In this document: positions 47,101 to 55,766 of the stretch, piece by piece
Layout: every line of letters starts with the position of its first letter
Numbering within the stretch: position 1 is the stretch's first letter
DNA from: a virus
Lineage: Duplodnaviria > Caudoviricetes
Virus record (IMG/VR): IMGVR_UViG_3300021400_000130
Coordinates: 64,001 to 128,000 of that record
DNA: 64,000 nt
Direction: 5' to 3' (one strand)
Notes under the pieces: generated by a model
What the model was told of the DNA's origin: nothing
The model's database searches: none
The model's input: the letters and a program-made list of their open reading frames with translations, nothing else
Program-made: the position numbers and the translations under genes

Positions 47101-47865
47101 ATGATTGAAAAATTAAAAAGAGAATGGGAAGAAACAAAAGTACTTTTTAACTGTATGCCAACAATTCCGTTTGCATTTCTTGTTTGCTCTCTGATTGCAA
47201 TGAACTTTCTTGCAAATAGAGGAGGAGCTATTGGTCCTGTAGCATTTGATTGCGGTATTGTTGTTTCTTGGGTAGTGTTCCTTGCTTCTGACATGCTTGT
47301 TAAGAGGTTTGGTGCTAAAGCAGCAATTAAGATTAATATTGCAGCAATTATTCTTCAGTTAGTTTCAGTTGGTCTAATGACTCTTGGCGCAGTTATTCCT
47401 TGGGCAACTTATGGTTCTACTCCTGAAGAGTCTGCAGTATTTACTATGATTTTCAAAGCGGCTCCTTGGCCTCTGTTTGCTAGTGCAGGTGCTGCCCTGA
47501 TTTCAAATGTTATTAACTCTCTTATTTCTAAAGGCATTCTTTTGAGATTTAAAAATCGTACATCAGGTAAAGCGTATGTAACAGCCTCTTGGATTTCTAC
47601 TACTGCTGGTCAGTTCTTTGACAATTTCTTGTTTGGTCTGTTTTTCAGTATCTGGCAGCCTTGGTTCCCTTGTTACGGAACATGGAAGGCTATTCCAATG
47701 CTAATTCCAATGGCCTTTGTCGGTGCACTTCTTGAACTCCTGTGTCAAGTAATCTTCACTCCGGTAGGTTTTAAGATTGCTGAGACCTGGAGAAAGAAAG
47801 GTGTAGGACAAGAATACGTAGATATGGTAGCTGAAGCTCAAGAAGTAAATACAAATCTTGCCTAA
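47101..47865 (+). CDS. Queuosine-precursor (preQ0/preQ1) transporter, VUT/YhhQ family
   Basis: Multi-TM protein with MNFLANR, FLASDMLVKRFG, ISTTAGQFFDNFLF motifs. Confidence 0.75.
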   Translation: MIEKLKREWEETKVLFNCMPTIPFAFLVCSLIAMNFLANRGGAIGPVAFDCGIVVSWVVFLASDMLVKRFGAKAAIKINIAAIILQLVSVGLMTLGAVIPWATYGSTPEESAVFTMIFKAAPWPLFASAGAALISNVINSLISKGILLRFKNRTSGKAYVTASWISTTAGQFFDNFLFGLFFSIWQPWFPCYGTWKAIPMLIPMAFVGALLELLCQVIFTPVGFKIAETWRKKGVGQEYVDMVAEAQEVNTNLA

Positions 47866-47904
47866 TCACATTAATAGAAGAAGGATCTTTTCAAAACTAC
47901 GTAT

Positions 47905-48525
47905 ATGAATATTCTATGTTTTGGCGATTCTAATACTTGGGGATTTGATGCGGATAATCTGTGTCGATTCCCCAAGGAGGTCCGTTGGACCGGTAAACTA
48001 TGTGAGCATCTTGGTCCGGAATATCAAGTATCTGAATTCGGAATATGTGACATGACATTTGGGACAGACGATCCTTTTTATAAATCATGTAACGGAATTC
48101 AAAATATTATTCCAGCAATAAGAGCAAACTCTCCTCTAGATTATGTTATTGTATCTCTTGGCATAAATGATTGTAAGAGATATCATTGTAATAGTGTAGA
48201 GAAGATTTTAGATGATGCTGGAAGATTAATATATCTAATACAAGGATATTCCGACCTTAATACAGAAAGAGCACAGGTGATTGTCTGTGGTCAATGTGTT
48301 CCTACTATCGACATTCCTCGTTGTTATCCGAGAGAATTTGATAGTGCTTCTATTTGCAAGATATATGAATTAAACAGAGAACTACGAAGATTTTGTAAGA
48401 CGATTGACGTTCCTTTTATTGATCCTCCTGGAGAAATGAAATTCTGTAAAGACGGAGGGCATTACTCTAAAGAAGGTCATGAAATTTTTGCAAGAAATGT
48501 TGCACAATATATAAAATCTTTGTAA
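47905..48525 (+). CDS. SGNH/GDSL hydrolase
   Basis: ILCFGDSNTWG (block I), LGIND (block III), DGGH (block V). Confidence 0.85.
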   Translation: MNILCFGDSNTWGFDADNLCRFPKEVRWTGKLCEHLGPEYQVSEFGICDMTFGTDDPFYKSCNGIQNIIPAIRANSPLDYVIVSLGINDCKRYHCNSVEKILDDAGRLIYLIQGYSDLNTERAQVIVCGQCVPTIDIPRCYPREFDSASICKIYELNRELRRFCKTIDVPFIDPPGEMKFCKDGGHYSKEGHEIFARNVAQYIKSL

Positions 48526-48559
48526 AGATTACTCATCAATAATCTCCTAAAGTGTATAG

Positions 48560-48588
48560 TTGAATTTGAATTGTTTTTATATTATACT
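48560..48588 (+). promoter_or_regulatory. Sigma-A-type promoter
   Basis: TTGAAT-N17-TATACT. Confidence 0.6.
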
Positions 48589-48619
48589 ATAGAACAAATA
48601 CGAGCAAAGGATCTTTGGA

Positions 48620-49543
48620 ATGAAAAACGAAAAAACAATCTACTATTTTTCTGGTATGTCTTACCAGGATATGAAGAGACGGTTGAATGTTGATCAGCTA
48701 TTTTCTCAGTGGCACGAGCGTAAAGGAATTGAATCTCTGATTGAGTATAAGAAGGAGCATCCAGAGCATACAGGTCGTATTATGGTGGACTCTGGATCCT
48801 TTACTGCTTATACAAAAGGCGTCCATATTGATATTGATGACTATCTGAAGTTTATTGATAAGGTTGGAGACTATGTTACTGTGTTTGTTGCAGTTGATGA
48901 TGTTCCCGACCCAATGAACATGGATTATACAAAAGCGGAAACTACTTGGAAGAATTATCTTTATATGGTTGAAAGAATCAGACCAGAGTTACGCGATAAG
49001 CTCATTCCGGTATTTCACTACGGCGAGGACTTCAAGTGGCTCCGTAATATGTTGGAGTATACACATCCTGACGGGTCTCATATTAAGTATATTGGACTTG
49101 CTATTTCTCTTGAAGGAACAAAAAGAGTTAGAGTTAACTGGGGTAGAGAGTGTATGCGAGTTATCGCAGAAAGTTCTAATCCGAATGTAATGACTCATGC
49201 TTTTGGTGTTGGAGTTAAATCTGTTCTTGATAATATTACAGTAACTTCTACGGATGCTACAAGCTGGGTAAAAAGAGCGGCTTACGGAATGATTAGTATT
49301 GATGACCAGTCGATTCATGTCTCAGAAGTTATGAAAAATCGTGCAGACGACAGATATCTTGGTCAGCAAAATGTAGCACTTCAAGAAGAAGTAATGAAGC
49401 GTATTAAAGAAAAAGGATTTACTTTTGAAGAGTTAGAGCAAGATTCAGGTAAACGAGCAGAGTTTAATATTCTTGATACTCTTGACTGGGTAGCAAAACT
49501 TGAACCGCACAACACAACTTTTAAGAACGGATTAGGGTGGTAA
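48620..49543 (+). CDS. TGT-fold guanine transglycosylase, phage DpdA-like (7-deazaguanine insertion)
   Basis: MVDSGSFTAYTKG, IPVFHYGE, HAFGV, STDATSW motifs; close to a preQ0-type transporter. Confidence 0.7.
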   Translation: MKNEKTIYYFSGMSYQDMKRRLNVDQLFSQWHERKGIESLIEYKKEHPEHTGRIMVDSGSFTAYTKGVHIDIDDYLKFIDKVGDYVTVFVAVDDVPDPMNMDYTKAETTWKNYLYMVERIRPELRDKLIPVFHYGEDFKWLRNMLEYTHPDGSHIKYIGLAISLEGTKRVRVNWGRECMRVIAESSNPNVMTHAFGVGVKSVLDNITVTSTDATSWVKRAAYGMISIDDQSIHVSEVMKNRADDRYLGQQNVALQEEVMKRIKEKGFTFEELEQDSGKRAEFNILDTLDWVAKLEPHNTTFKNGLGW

Positions 49544-49544
49544 T

Positions 49545-50252
49545 ATGTCAGTACTTATTACAGGAACTAGTTATGGTGTAGGAAGAGCAACTGCTCTTAA
49601 GTTTATGGAAGAGGGTTATTCTGTAATCGGGCTTGATTGGAAGCCTGCTACTATTCCTCTTTCCAATAGTTATATTCATCATCAATGTGATGTAAGTGAT
49701 TTCAATTCTCTTCCTGATCTGATTAACATTGAATATATTGTTAATAATGCAGGAATTGTAACCCCGAAGGCTAATGCTATTGCTGTAAACCTCATTGGCT
49801 ATATGAATATTATAAAGAAGTATAGCGGAGACCCCGCACTGAAATCAATTGTTCAGATTGGTAGTACAGCTTCTATCAAAGGTTATGACAATATGGAATA
49901 TTGTTGCTCTCAGGGAGGTCGTGATGCTCTTACTAAGTGGGCCGCGAACAATCTAGGTCACGATAGTCGTCACGTATTAGTTAATTCTTTGAATATTGAT
50001 GGCATTGTTCCCGCTCCTGAAGGTAGTCTTGATGGAACGGCACTAGAGCCAGAGCTCTACGCAGACCCCGAACTTATGAAGGCAATTCAAGACCTGAGTA
50101 TTACAGGTCGTCTGTCTACTGTTCATGATATTGCAGAATGGATATTCTTTGTACTTACTAAGAACAGAATTATGACAGGTGAAATTATTAAAATTGACGG
50201 CGAACTTATGAACTGTTATAAGTTTATCCCCTATCCTGGATGGGATACTTGA
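49545..50252 (+). CDS. Short-chain dehydrogenase/reductase with atypical active site
   Basis: TGTSYGVG, NNAG, GSTAS; YCCSQ in place of YxxxK; TGEIIKIDG. Confidence 0.85.
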   Translation: MSVLITGTSYGVGRATALKFMEEGYSVIGLDWKPATIPLSNSYIHHQCDVSDFNSLPDLINIEYIVNNAGIVTPKANAIAVNLIGYMNIIKKYSGDPALKSIVQIGSTASIKGYDNMEYCCSQGGRDALTKWAANNLGHDSRHVLVNSLNIDGIVPAPEGSLDGTALEPELYADPELMKAIQDLSITGRLSTVHDIAEWIFFVLTKNRIMTGEIIKIDGELMNCYKFIPYPGWDT

Positions 50253-50274
50253 TTATTATTAAGAAGAGGTATAT

Positions 50275-51390
50275 TTGATGAAAATTAGGCTTGATACTAT
50301 CCAGAAGCCCTGTTCGACTATTTCAAATGCAGTTGATGCAAAATCAATTTCTCAACTCACAGAGGTTCTTGAACTTGAAGTTGTAGAAAATGTTCTTCAG
50401 ATTTCTGTAACTAACAAAGAATATTTTGTTACTGTTAATGTTCCAGTAGATGATCCTGAAGAGTTTCATGCTACTGTTGATGCTGAGCTGTTTACTAAAC
50501 TTATCTCAAGGATTACTACAGAATATGTAGAGCTTTCTGTTACAGATAAGTTCCTTGTTGTTCAAGGAAATGGTACTTACAAACTTCCGTTGATCTTTGA
50601 AGATTCTGTTATGATGGTACTTCCAAAGATTGAAGTTAATAATGTCACCTCCGAATTTGATGTTTCTTCTGACCTGTTGAATAGTATTATGAGTTCAAAT
50701 AGCAGACAGCTTGAAGTTGGTGTTATCTCTAATGCTGTACAGAAATATTTCTATATTGATAAGAACGGAGCAATCACTTTCACCTCAGGTGCAACTGTTA
50801 ATTCTTTTGAACTTGGTGATGATGTAAAGCTACTTCTTAGCGCTCGTATTGTTAAGTTATTCAAACTATTTGAAAATGAACAGGTACATTTTAGATATGG
50901 TTCAGAGAAGCTAAGCGACGAAATTATTCAGACTAGAATGTCTCTAACTACTCCTACGGTTTCTCTTTCTGCTATACTTTCTTGCGACGATACGATGTTA
51001 AAGAGTGTTCCTGTTGATAGAATTAGAGGTCTTGCTTCAGGCGAGCTTCCGTATACTGTTTCTATTCAGAGGGCAAATCTTCTTGAGACTCTGGAACGTT
51101 TTTCGTTATTCTCACAGGATGCTATGCTTTCGTCTGCTTGTCTTGATTTCCATAGAGAGTATCTTGCAGTTAGTGATAGTAAGAAAAATAGCATCGAAAA
51201 GGTTCAGTATGAAAATCCGAATAATGAGATTTCCGAACCTTATTCTACAATGATTGATATCATTGAATTGACAAAGATGTTAGACAGTAATAGAACAAAG
51301 AATGTGCGTATTTCTTTCGGAAATAACTCAGCTATTCTTCTTGTGTCCAACAATGTTACTAATGTAATTCCGGAGATCCGAATTCAGTAA
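50275..51390 (+). CDS. dnaN: Beta sliding clamp
   Basis: About 370 aa, three-domain alpha/beta pattern, C-terminal VIPEIR; clamp loader genes nearby. Confidence 0.7.
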   Translation: MMKIRLDTIQKPCSTISNAVDAKSISQLTEVLELEVVENVLQISVTNKEYFVTVNVPVDDPEEFHATVDAELFTKLISRITTEYVELSVTDKFLVVQGNGTYKLPLIFEDSVMMVLPKIEVNNVTSEFDVSSDLLNSIMSSNSRQLEVGVISNAVQKYFYIDKNGAITFTSGATVNSFELGDDVKLLLSARIVKLFKLFENEQVHFRYGSEKLSDEIIQTRMSLTTPTVSLSAILSCDDTMLKSVPVDRIRGLASGELPYTVSIQRANLLETLERFSLFSQDAMLSSACLDFHREYLAVSDSKKNSIEKVQYENPNNEISEPYSTMIDIIELTKMLDSNRTKNVRISFGNNSAILLVSNNVTNVIPEIRIQ

Positions 51391-51858
51391 ATGCCAAATT
51401 ATGGCAAACAGTTTGAAGTAAAATTCAAACAAGATTGGCTCAAGTCATTTCCCGAATCATTTTTACTTAGGTTGAACGACCAAGTATCTGGTTACAAATA
51501 TACTTCCTCTAACATATGCGACTTTATTGGGTACACAGACGGGAAGTTGTATCTACTTGAGTGTAAGAGTCATGCTGGGGCTTCGCTTCCGTTTAGCGAT
51601 GTCCCTCAGTATGATAGATTGAAAAGATATGTTGGACTTACAGGAATTCGTGCGGGCGTTATTGTATGGCTATACGATAAAGATAAGTGTTTCTATGTTC
51701 CTGTTAAGACTATAATGGAATTAATAAAAGACGGGCAGAAATCCGTAGGAATTAGAAATTTAGATAGTGATAAAATAAAAGAAATACCCTCTGTTAAAAA
51801 GAGAGTGTTTATGGATTCTGATTATTCAGTATTAAGAGACTTACCCGAAGGTTGGTAA
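51391..51858 (+). CDS. RecU-like Holliday junction resolvase
   Basis: GKQFE...CDF...LECKS PD-(D/E)xK motif. Confidence 0.7.
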   Translation: MPNYGKQFEVKFKQDWLKSFPESFLLRLNDQVSGYKYTSSNICDFIGYTDGKLYLLECKSHAGASLPFSDVPQYDRLKRYVGLTGIRAGVIVWLYDKDKCFYVPVKTIMELIKDGQKSVGIRNLDSDKIKEIPSVKKRVFMDSDYSVLRDLPEGW

Positions 51859-52436
51859 AGGAGATAACAATGCAGATTACTTTAGAAGATATCCAAAGTG
51901 TTGTTAAAGAAACAGAAGAAAATTATGATGTGTATTCAAGTGTTGCTGACGAAGTAGTAAACAGATATACAAAAAGTCTAGATGATATAATGCAGAAAAT
52001 TCATGATGAAATTATTGAAGTAGCTGATCCTTCTATTTCTACATTTGAAAAATATCATCTTGAACTATCTAACTGTTTGTATTTCATGCAAGAAAGATTA
52101 GAGAAACTTGGCTCTCTTGATTATCTAAGCAAGACAAAATATAAGGAAGTTTACAATCAAGCATATCTTGATAGCCAGTTGCCTGATGCAACAAGCAACA
52201 AGAAAAAGACTGTTAATGAGTTGATAGCTATTAGCGAGGAAGCTTCAAAAGCAGAAGCTGTTACAAATGACATCTATGCAAGGGCTTATAAGATCTTGAA
52301 GAATAAGATCGATGCAGCTAATACGATGATTTCTACGCTTTCAAAGTCTATTAGTAGACGAATGAGCGAGGAGTATCTACCCTCAACTCCTGTAACAGGA
52401 ACAAGGCAGATTCTTAATGAAGAAATAACTCTTTAA
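51852..52436 (+). CDS. Helical protein, possible UvsY-like recombination mediator
   Basis: Coiled coil directly upstream of recA. Confidence 0.4.
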   Translation: MVKEITMQITLEDIQSVVKETEENYDVYSSVADEVVNRYTKSLDDIMQKIHDEIIEVADPSISTFEKYHLELSNCLYFMQERLEKLGSLDYLSKTKYKEVYNQAYLDSQLPDATSNKKKTVNELIAISEEASKAEAVTNDIYARAYKILKNKIDAANTMISTLSKSISRRMSEEYLPSTPVTGTRQILNEEITL

Positions 52437-52459
52437 GCAGATAGAGAAAGGTATAGTTT

Positions 52460-53644
52460 ATGGCAGATAGTAAAAGTCTGAATGAAGTTCTAAAATCAAT
52501 TTCAAAGAAGTACGGAGATTCTGTTGTTAAGTTTGGTGTAGATGACCTGTGTGTTGACGGCGTGCTTTCGCTTGGTAGCCCGGGTCTTGATTTTGCAATC
52601 TACGGAGGAATTCCTGAAGGAAGAGTAGTAGAGTTTTCTGGTCAAGAAGGAAGTGGCAAGACCACCAATGCGTTTCTTGCAGCTGCATCCTATCAGAAGA
52701 TTGAGCTACAGCGTAATCCTGATAACCCGAGAGCTATTGTATTCCTTGATAATGAAGGAACTGCTGACCCTGTTTGGGCTGCAAAACTTGGCTACGACAT
52801 GAGTGAGGATGCTCCTGTTAAGACTGTCTGTATTCGTCCTGAAGCACAGTCTGCTGAAGAGATTTTTGATATGGCACTTGATATGTTAAAGACAGGCGAA
52901 GTAGGCCTGCTTATCTTTGACAGTATTGCTACTCTTGTTCCAGCTCAGATTGCTGACGAGTCTATGGAAAAGCAGCAGATGGGCGGAATTGCAAAAGCTC
53001 TTACTAGATTTGCTAATACAGCTATTGGTCTTCTGAGGAAGTATAAAGCTACACTGATTGCAATCAATCAAGTTAGAGAGAACATGACTGGATATGGTGA
53101 CCCTCTGACTACTCCTGGTGGTCGGGCATGGAAACATGCTTGTTCTATGAGACTTATGTTTAAGAGAGGAGACTTCTTTGACGAGGACGGAAATGTTTTA
53201 ACTAAGAAAGCAGAGTCTCCTGCAGGTCATATTATTGAGTGTTACGTTCTTAAGACGAAGGTCTGCAAGTGGGACCGTAAACTTGGGATGGCTCATCTAA
53301 ACTATACAAAGGGTATTGACTGGTTACAGGATACGATTGATATTGCTACGCATCTAGGACTAATTGATAATTCTGTTCAAGGATCTTTTAAGATTATTGA
53401 TCCTGATACTGGAGAGCTTGCTCACGATGAGGAAGGTAACGAGATTAAGATCCGAGGGAAAAAGAATGTGTATACATACTTCCAGACCCACCCAGTAGAA
53501 GCTCGTAAACTCTACGACAGATGTTATGACAGACTTCGTCAGAAAGAAGATCCATTCATTAAGAGCTTCGAGTCGCTACTTTCCATTGACCTTAGCGAGA
53601 AGCTGGGAGTTGATATTGCAAATACAAACCTTGAGGAACTGTAA
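52460..53644 (+). CDS. recA: RecA recombinase
   Basis: GQEGSGKTT, FDSIA, INQVRE, TPGGRAWKH. Confidence 0.92.
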   Translation: MADSKSLNEVLKSISKKYGDSVVKFGVDDLCVDGVLSLGSPGLDFAIYGGIPEGRVVEFSGQEGSGKTTNAFLAAASYQKIELQRNPDNPRAIVFLDNEGTADPVWAAKLGYDMSEDAPVKTVCIRPEAQSAEEIFDMALDMLKTGEVGLLIFDSIATLVPAQIADESMEKQQMGGIAKALTRFANTAIGLLRKYKATLIAINQVRENMTGYGDPLTTPGGRAWKHACSMRLMFKRGDFFDEDGNVLTKKAESPAGHIIECYVLKTKVCKWDRKLGMAHLNYTKGIDWLQDTIDIATHLGLIDNSVQGSFKIIDPDTGELAHDEEGNEIKIRGKKNVYTYFQTHPVEARKLYDRCYDRLRQKEDPFIKSFESLLSIDLSEKLGVDIANTNLEEL

Positions 53645-53997
53645 TGACAAGTAACAAAGAAGCGACGAGATATTATAGCGACTTGCATGAGAAGTCTGTT
53701 TGTAGAGCTCTTGATGCTACACAGACTCCAAATAGCGGAGCAACGAAATGGAGAAAAGGAGACGTTGTACAAAAACAAGCGTCTCTTTTGATTGAATGTA
53801 AAACAGTTATGACAGAAAAGCAATCCGTTTCTATTAAAAAAGAATGGATTGATAAAAATAGAGAAGAGGCTTTCTCTAATCGTCTTGATAATAGTTGTCT
53901 TTGTATTAATTTTGGACCCAACACTGACAACTACTATGTCATTAGTGAAAAGTTAATGAAATTTCTTGTTGAAAAACTTCAAGACGAGAATAGTTGA
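53644..53997 (+). CDS. Hjc-like Holliday junction resolvase/nuclease
   Basis: E...PNSGA..KGD...LIECKT. Confidence 0.65.
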   Translation: MTSNKEATRYYSDLHEKSVCRALDATQTPNSGATKWRKGDVVQKQASLLIECKTVMTEKQSVSIKKEWIDKNREEAFSNRLDNSCLCINFGPNTDNYYVISEKLMKFLVEKLQDENS

Positions 53998-54022
53998 AAT
54001 TTAGTCAATTATACTATATAAT
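53994..54022 (+). promoter_or_regulatory. Sigma-A-type promoter overlapping the upstream stop
   Basis: TTGAAA-N17-TATAAT. Confidence 0.7.
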
Positions 54023-54057
54023 ATAAGTGTAAATAAAAATTGACGGAGGTCTTAGTT

Positions 54058-54477
54058 ATGAGTTACGATTTCGAGTTTGATTTTGATTCTTTCGGCAACG
54101 TCATCATGAATGATGTTGATTTTGAAGAGACTGAGTTTGACGATGCTGACCCGTATGATATGGAATGGGATGACCATTATTATGATTATGCGGATTGGAA
54201 CTCTGACTACTTGGACGATGGTTGTCCCATTGACGATGATTATGAGGATGATGATCTGTTCTATGAGGATCAGCTTCACGATTACGAGCGTAAACTTCGT
54301 TCTCGTATCGCTAATAACGAAACTATCTATTCTTCGGAGATCGACATGTATTCTGACCTCTTTAAAGATGCTTTCGGATTTCGTCCTCATGGTCTTATGG
54401 GCTGGCTTACTGAGTATGAAAACATTATTGATGACTATGCTGAAGCCCGTGCAAAGATTGAAGCTAATAGGAAGTGA
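54058..54477 (+). CDS. Highly acidic/aromatic protein, candidate DNA mimic
   Basis: GGAGGT RBS; N-terminal half almost all D/E/Y/F/W. Confidence 0.7.
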   Translation: MSYDFEFDFDSFGNVIMNDVDFEETEFDDADPYDMEWDDHYYDYADWNSDYLDDGCPIDDDYEDDDLFYEDQLHDYERKLRSRIANNETIYSSEIDMYSDLFKDAFGFRPHGLMGWLTEYENIIDDYAEARAKIEANRK

Positions 54478-54483
54478 CCCTGT

Positions 54484-54639
54484 TTGAGATATATATTAGC
54501 AAAAGATCTTATACCTTTATTAGAGCGGAAGCCTAATAGAAAAATATCCGAAAATATTGTACATTACTGGTTTGTAATGTATGGACAGAATAGTTCAGTT
54601 CAGGATCCTATTCCTGAACAACCTCCCACAAATAGTTGA
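54484..54639 (+). CDS. Possible 51-aa protein (absent from ORF track)
   Basis: TTG-initiated open frame filling the gap; weak RBS. Confidence 0.3.
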   Translation: MRYILAKDLIPLLERKPNRKISENIVHYWFVMYGQNSSVQDPIPEQPPTNS

Positions 54640-54664
54640 ATTAACTGAATATTTATTATATAAT
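54636..54664 (+). promoter_or_regulatory. Sigma-A-type promoter followed by a 12-bp hairpin (54662-54690)
   Basis: TTGAAT-N17-TATAAT; AATACTACTATA/TATAGTAGTATT. Confidence 0.7.
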
Positions 54665-54712
54665 ACTACTATATCTAATATAGTAGTATTTCTGTATTGA
54701 GGAGATTATAAT

Positions 54713-55438
54713 ATGATTACAGATGAACAGATTCAGAAGAATAAAGAGCGTTTCCTTGAGTTGGTGTCTTCTATTGAAAGACCAAATTCCAACCTTGAAG
54801 GTTTGATTAATTGGCTACAGAATTCTGACTTCTTTGTAGCTCCTGCAAGTCATAAATATCATTCAGCTTATAAAGGAGGTCTTTGTGCACACTCCTTGAA
54901 CGTTTATGACAACCTTGTAGCTCTTGTAAAGGATTTTGGTATGGAGGGAATTATCTCCGAAGATACTTGCAAGATTGTTGGATTGTTGCACGATCTTGCA
55001 AAGATTAATTTCTATAAGATTGATTATAGGAATAAGAAGATCTATAGCGATACCGGTAGCAAACGCGACGAGCAAGGCAGATTTGATTGGGTTACTGTTA
55101 AAGAGTATGCTTGTCTGGAGGACACCGAAAGGTTTATTTACGGCAATCATGAGACGACATCTGAATATTACATTAGATCCTTCATTCCTCTGACGTATAT
55201 TGAATCTATCGCAATTATTCATCATCATGGAAATATGTCGTGGGATAGCATGCAGGATAATGTAGCCAGCGTCTGGAATACATATCCGCTCTCTACTCTT
55301 ATCTTTATTGCAGATCTTGAAGCGGCGTTTATCAATGAGAATACAAACGGAAATATCTTCTTTAGGGTGAATAGAAATGAACAAAATAATACAGAAGCAG
55401 TTGGAGAAGTTGACAATACCGAACAAACCTCAGTATGA
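54713..55438 (+). CDS. HD-domain phosphohydrolase
   Basis: APASHKYH..GGLCAHS, LLHDLAK, HH, AD motifs. Confidence 0.8.
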   Translation: MITDEQIQKNKERFLELVSSIERPNSNLEGLINWLQNSDFFVAPASHKYHSAYKGGLCAHSLNVYDNLVALVKDFGMEGIISEDTCKIVGLLHDLAKINFYKIDYRNKKIYSDTGSKRDEQGRFDWVTVKEYACLEDTERFIYGNHETTSEYYIRSFIPLTYIESIAIIHHHGNMSWDSMQDNVASVWNTYPLSTLIFIADLEAAFINENTNGNIFFRVNRNEQNNTEAVGEVDNTEQTSV

Positions 55439-55766
55439 TGAAAATACAACACATCTAGTATTCCCGAAAAGAGATTCCACTTCTAGACCTGTTGATACTG
55501 GGTTAGTTGTAAATGGTGTTTATAAGATTGTCCTAGCAAATTATATTGTTAATCCTCCTCCTGACTTCACGCTGGATATAGATTGGAACAAAGGAAAGAA
55601 AATTTTGGACACAACTTTGTTTGTTCAGATAAATCAGATCGCTGGTAAGATGATTCGGTTTACGGGTAGAGGATATAATTTCAATACGGACGAAACAAAC
55701 AATAACTTCTATGATAGCATGTGGGTACCAGCGAAATCTATTATAAGTTATGAGAGGGCAGAATGA
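55377..55766 (+). CDS. Hypothetical protein
   Basis: ORF ends immediately before dnaX. Confidence 0.55.
   Translation: MNKIIQKQLEKLTIPNKPQYDENTTHLVFPKRDSTSRPVDTGLVVNGVYKIVLANYIVNPPPDFTLDIDWNKGKKILDTTLFVQINQIAGKMIRFTGRGYNFNTDETNNNFYDSMWVPAKSIISYERAE

Noticed and set aside
54863-55426. 187-aa minus-strand ORF and other short antisense or out-of-frame ORFs in the track
   Set aside because: They overlap well-supported + strand genes; the window appears to be transcribed in one direction.
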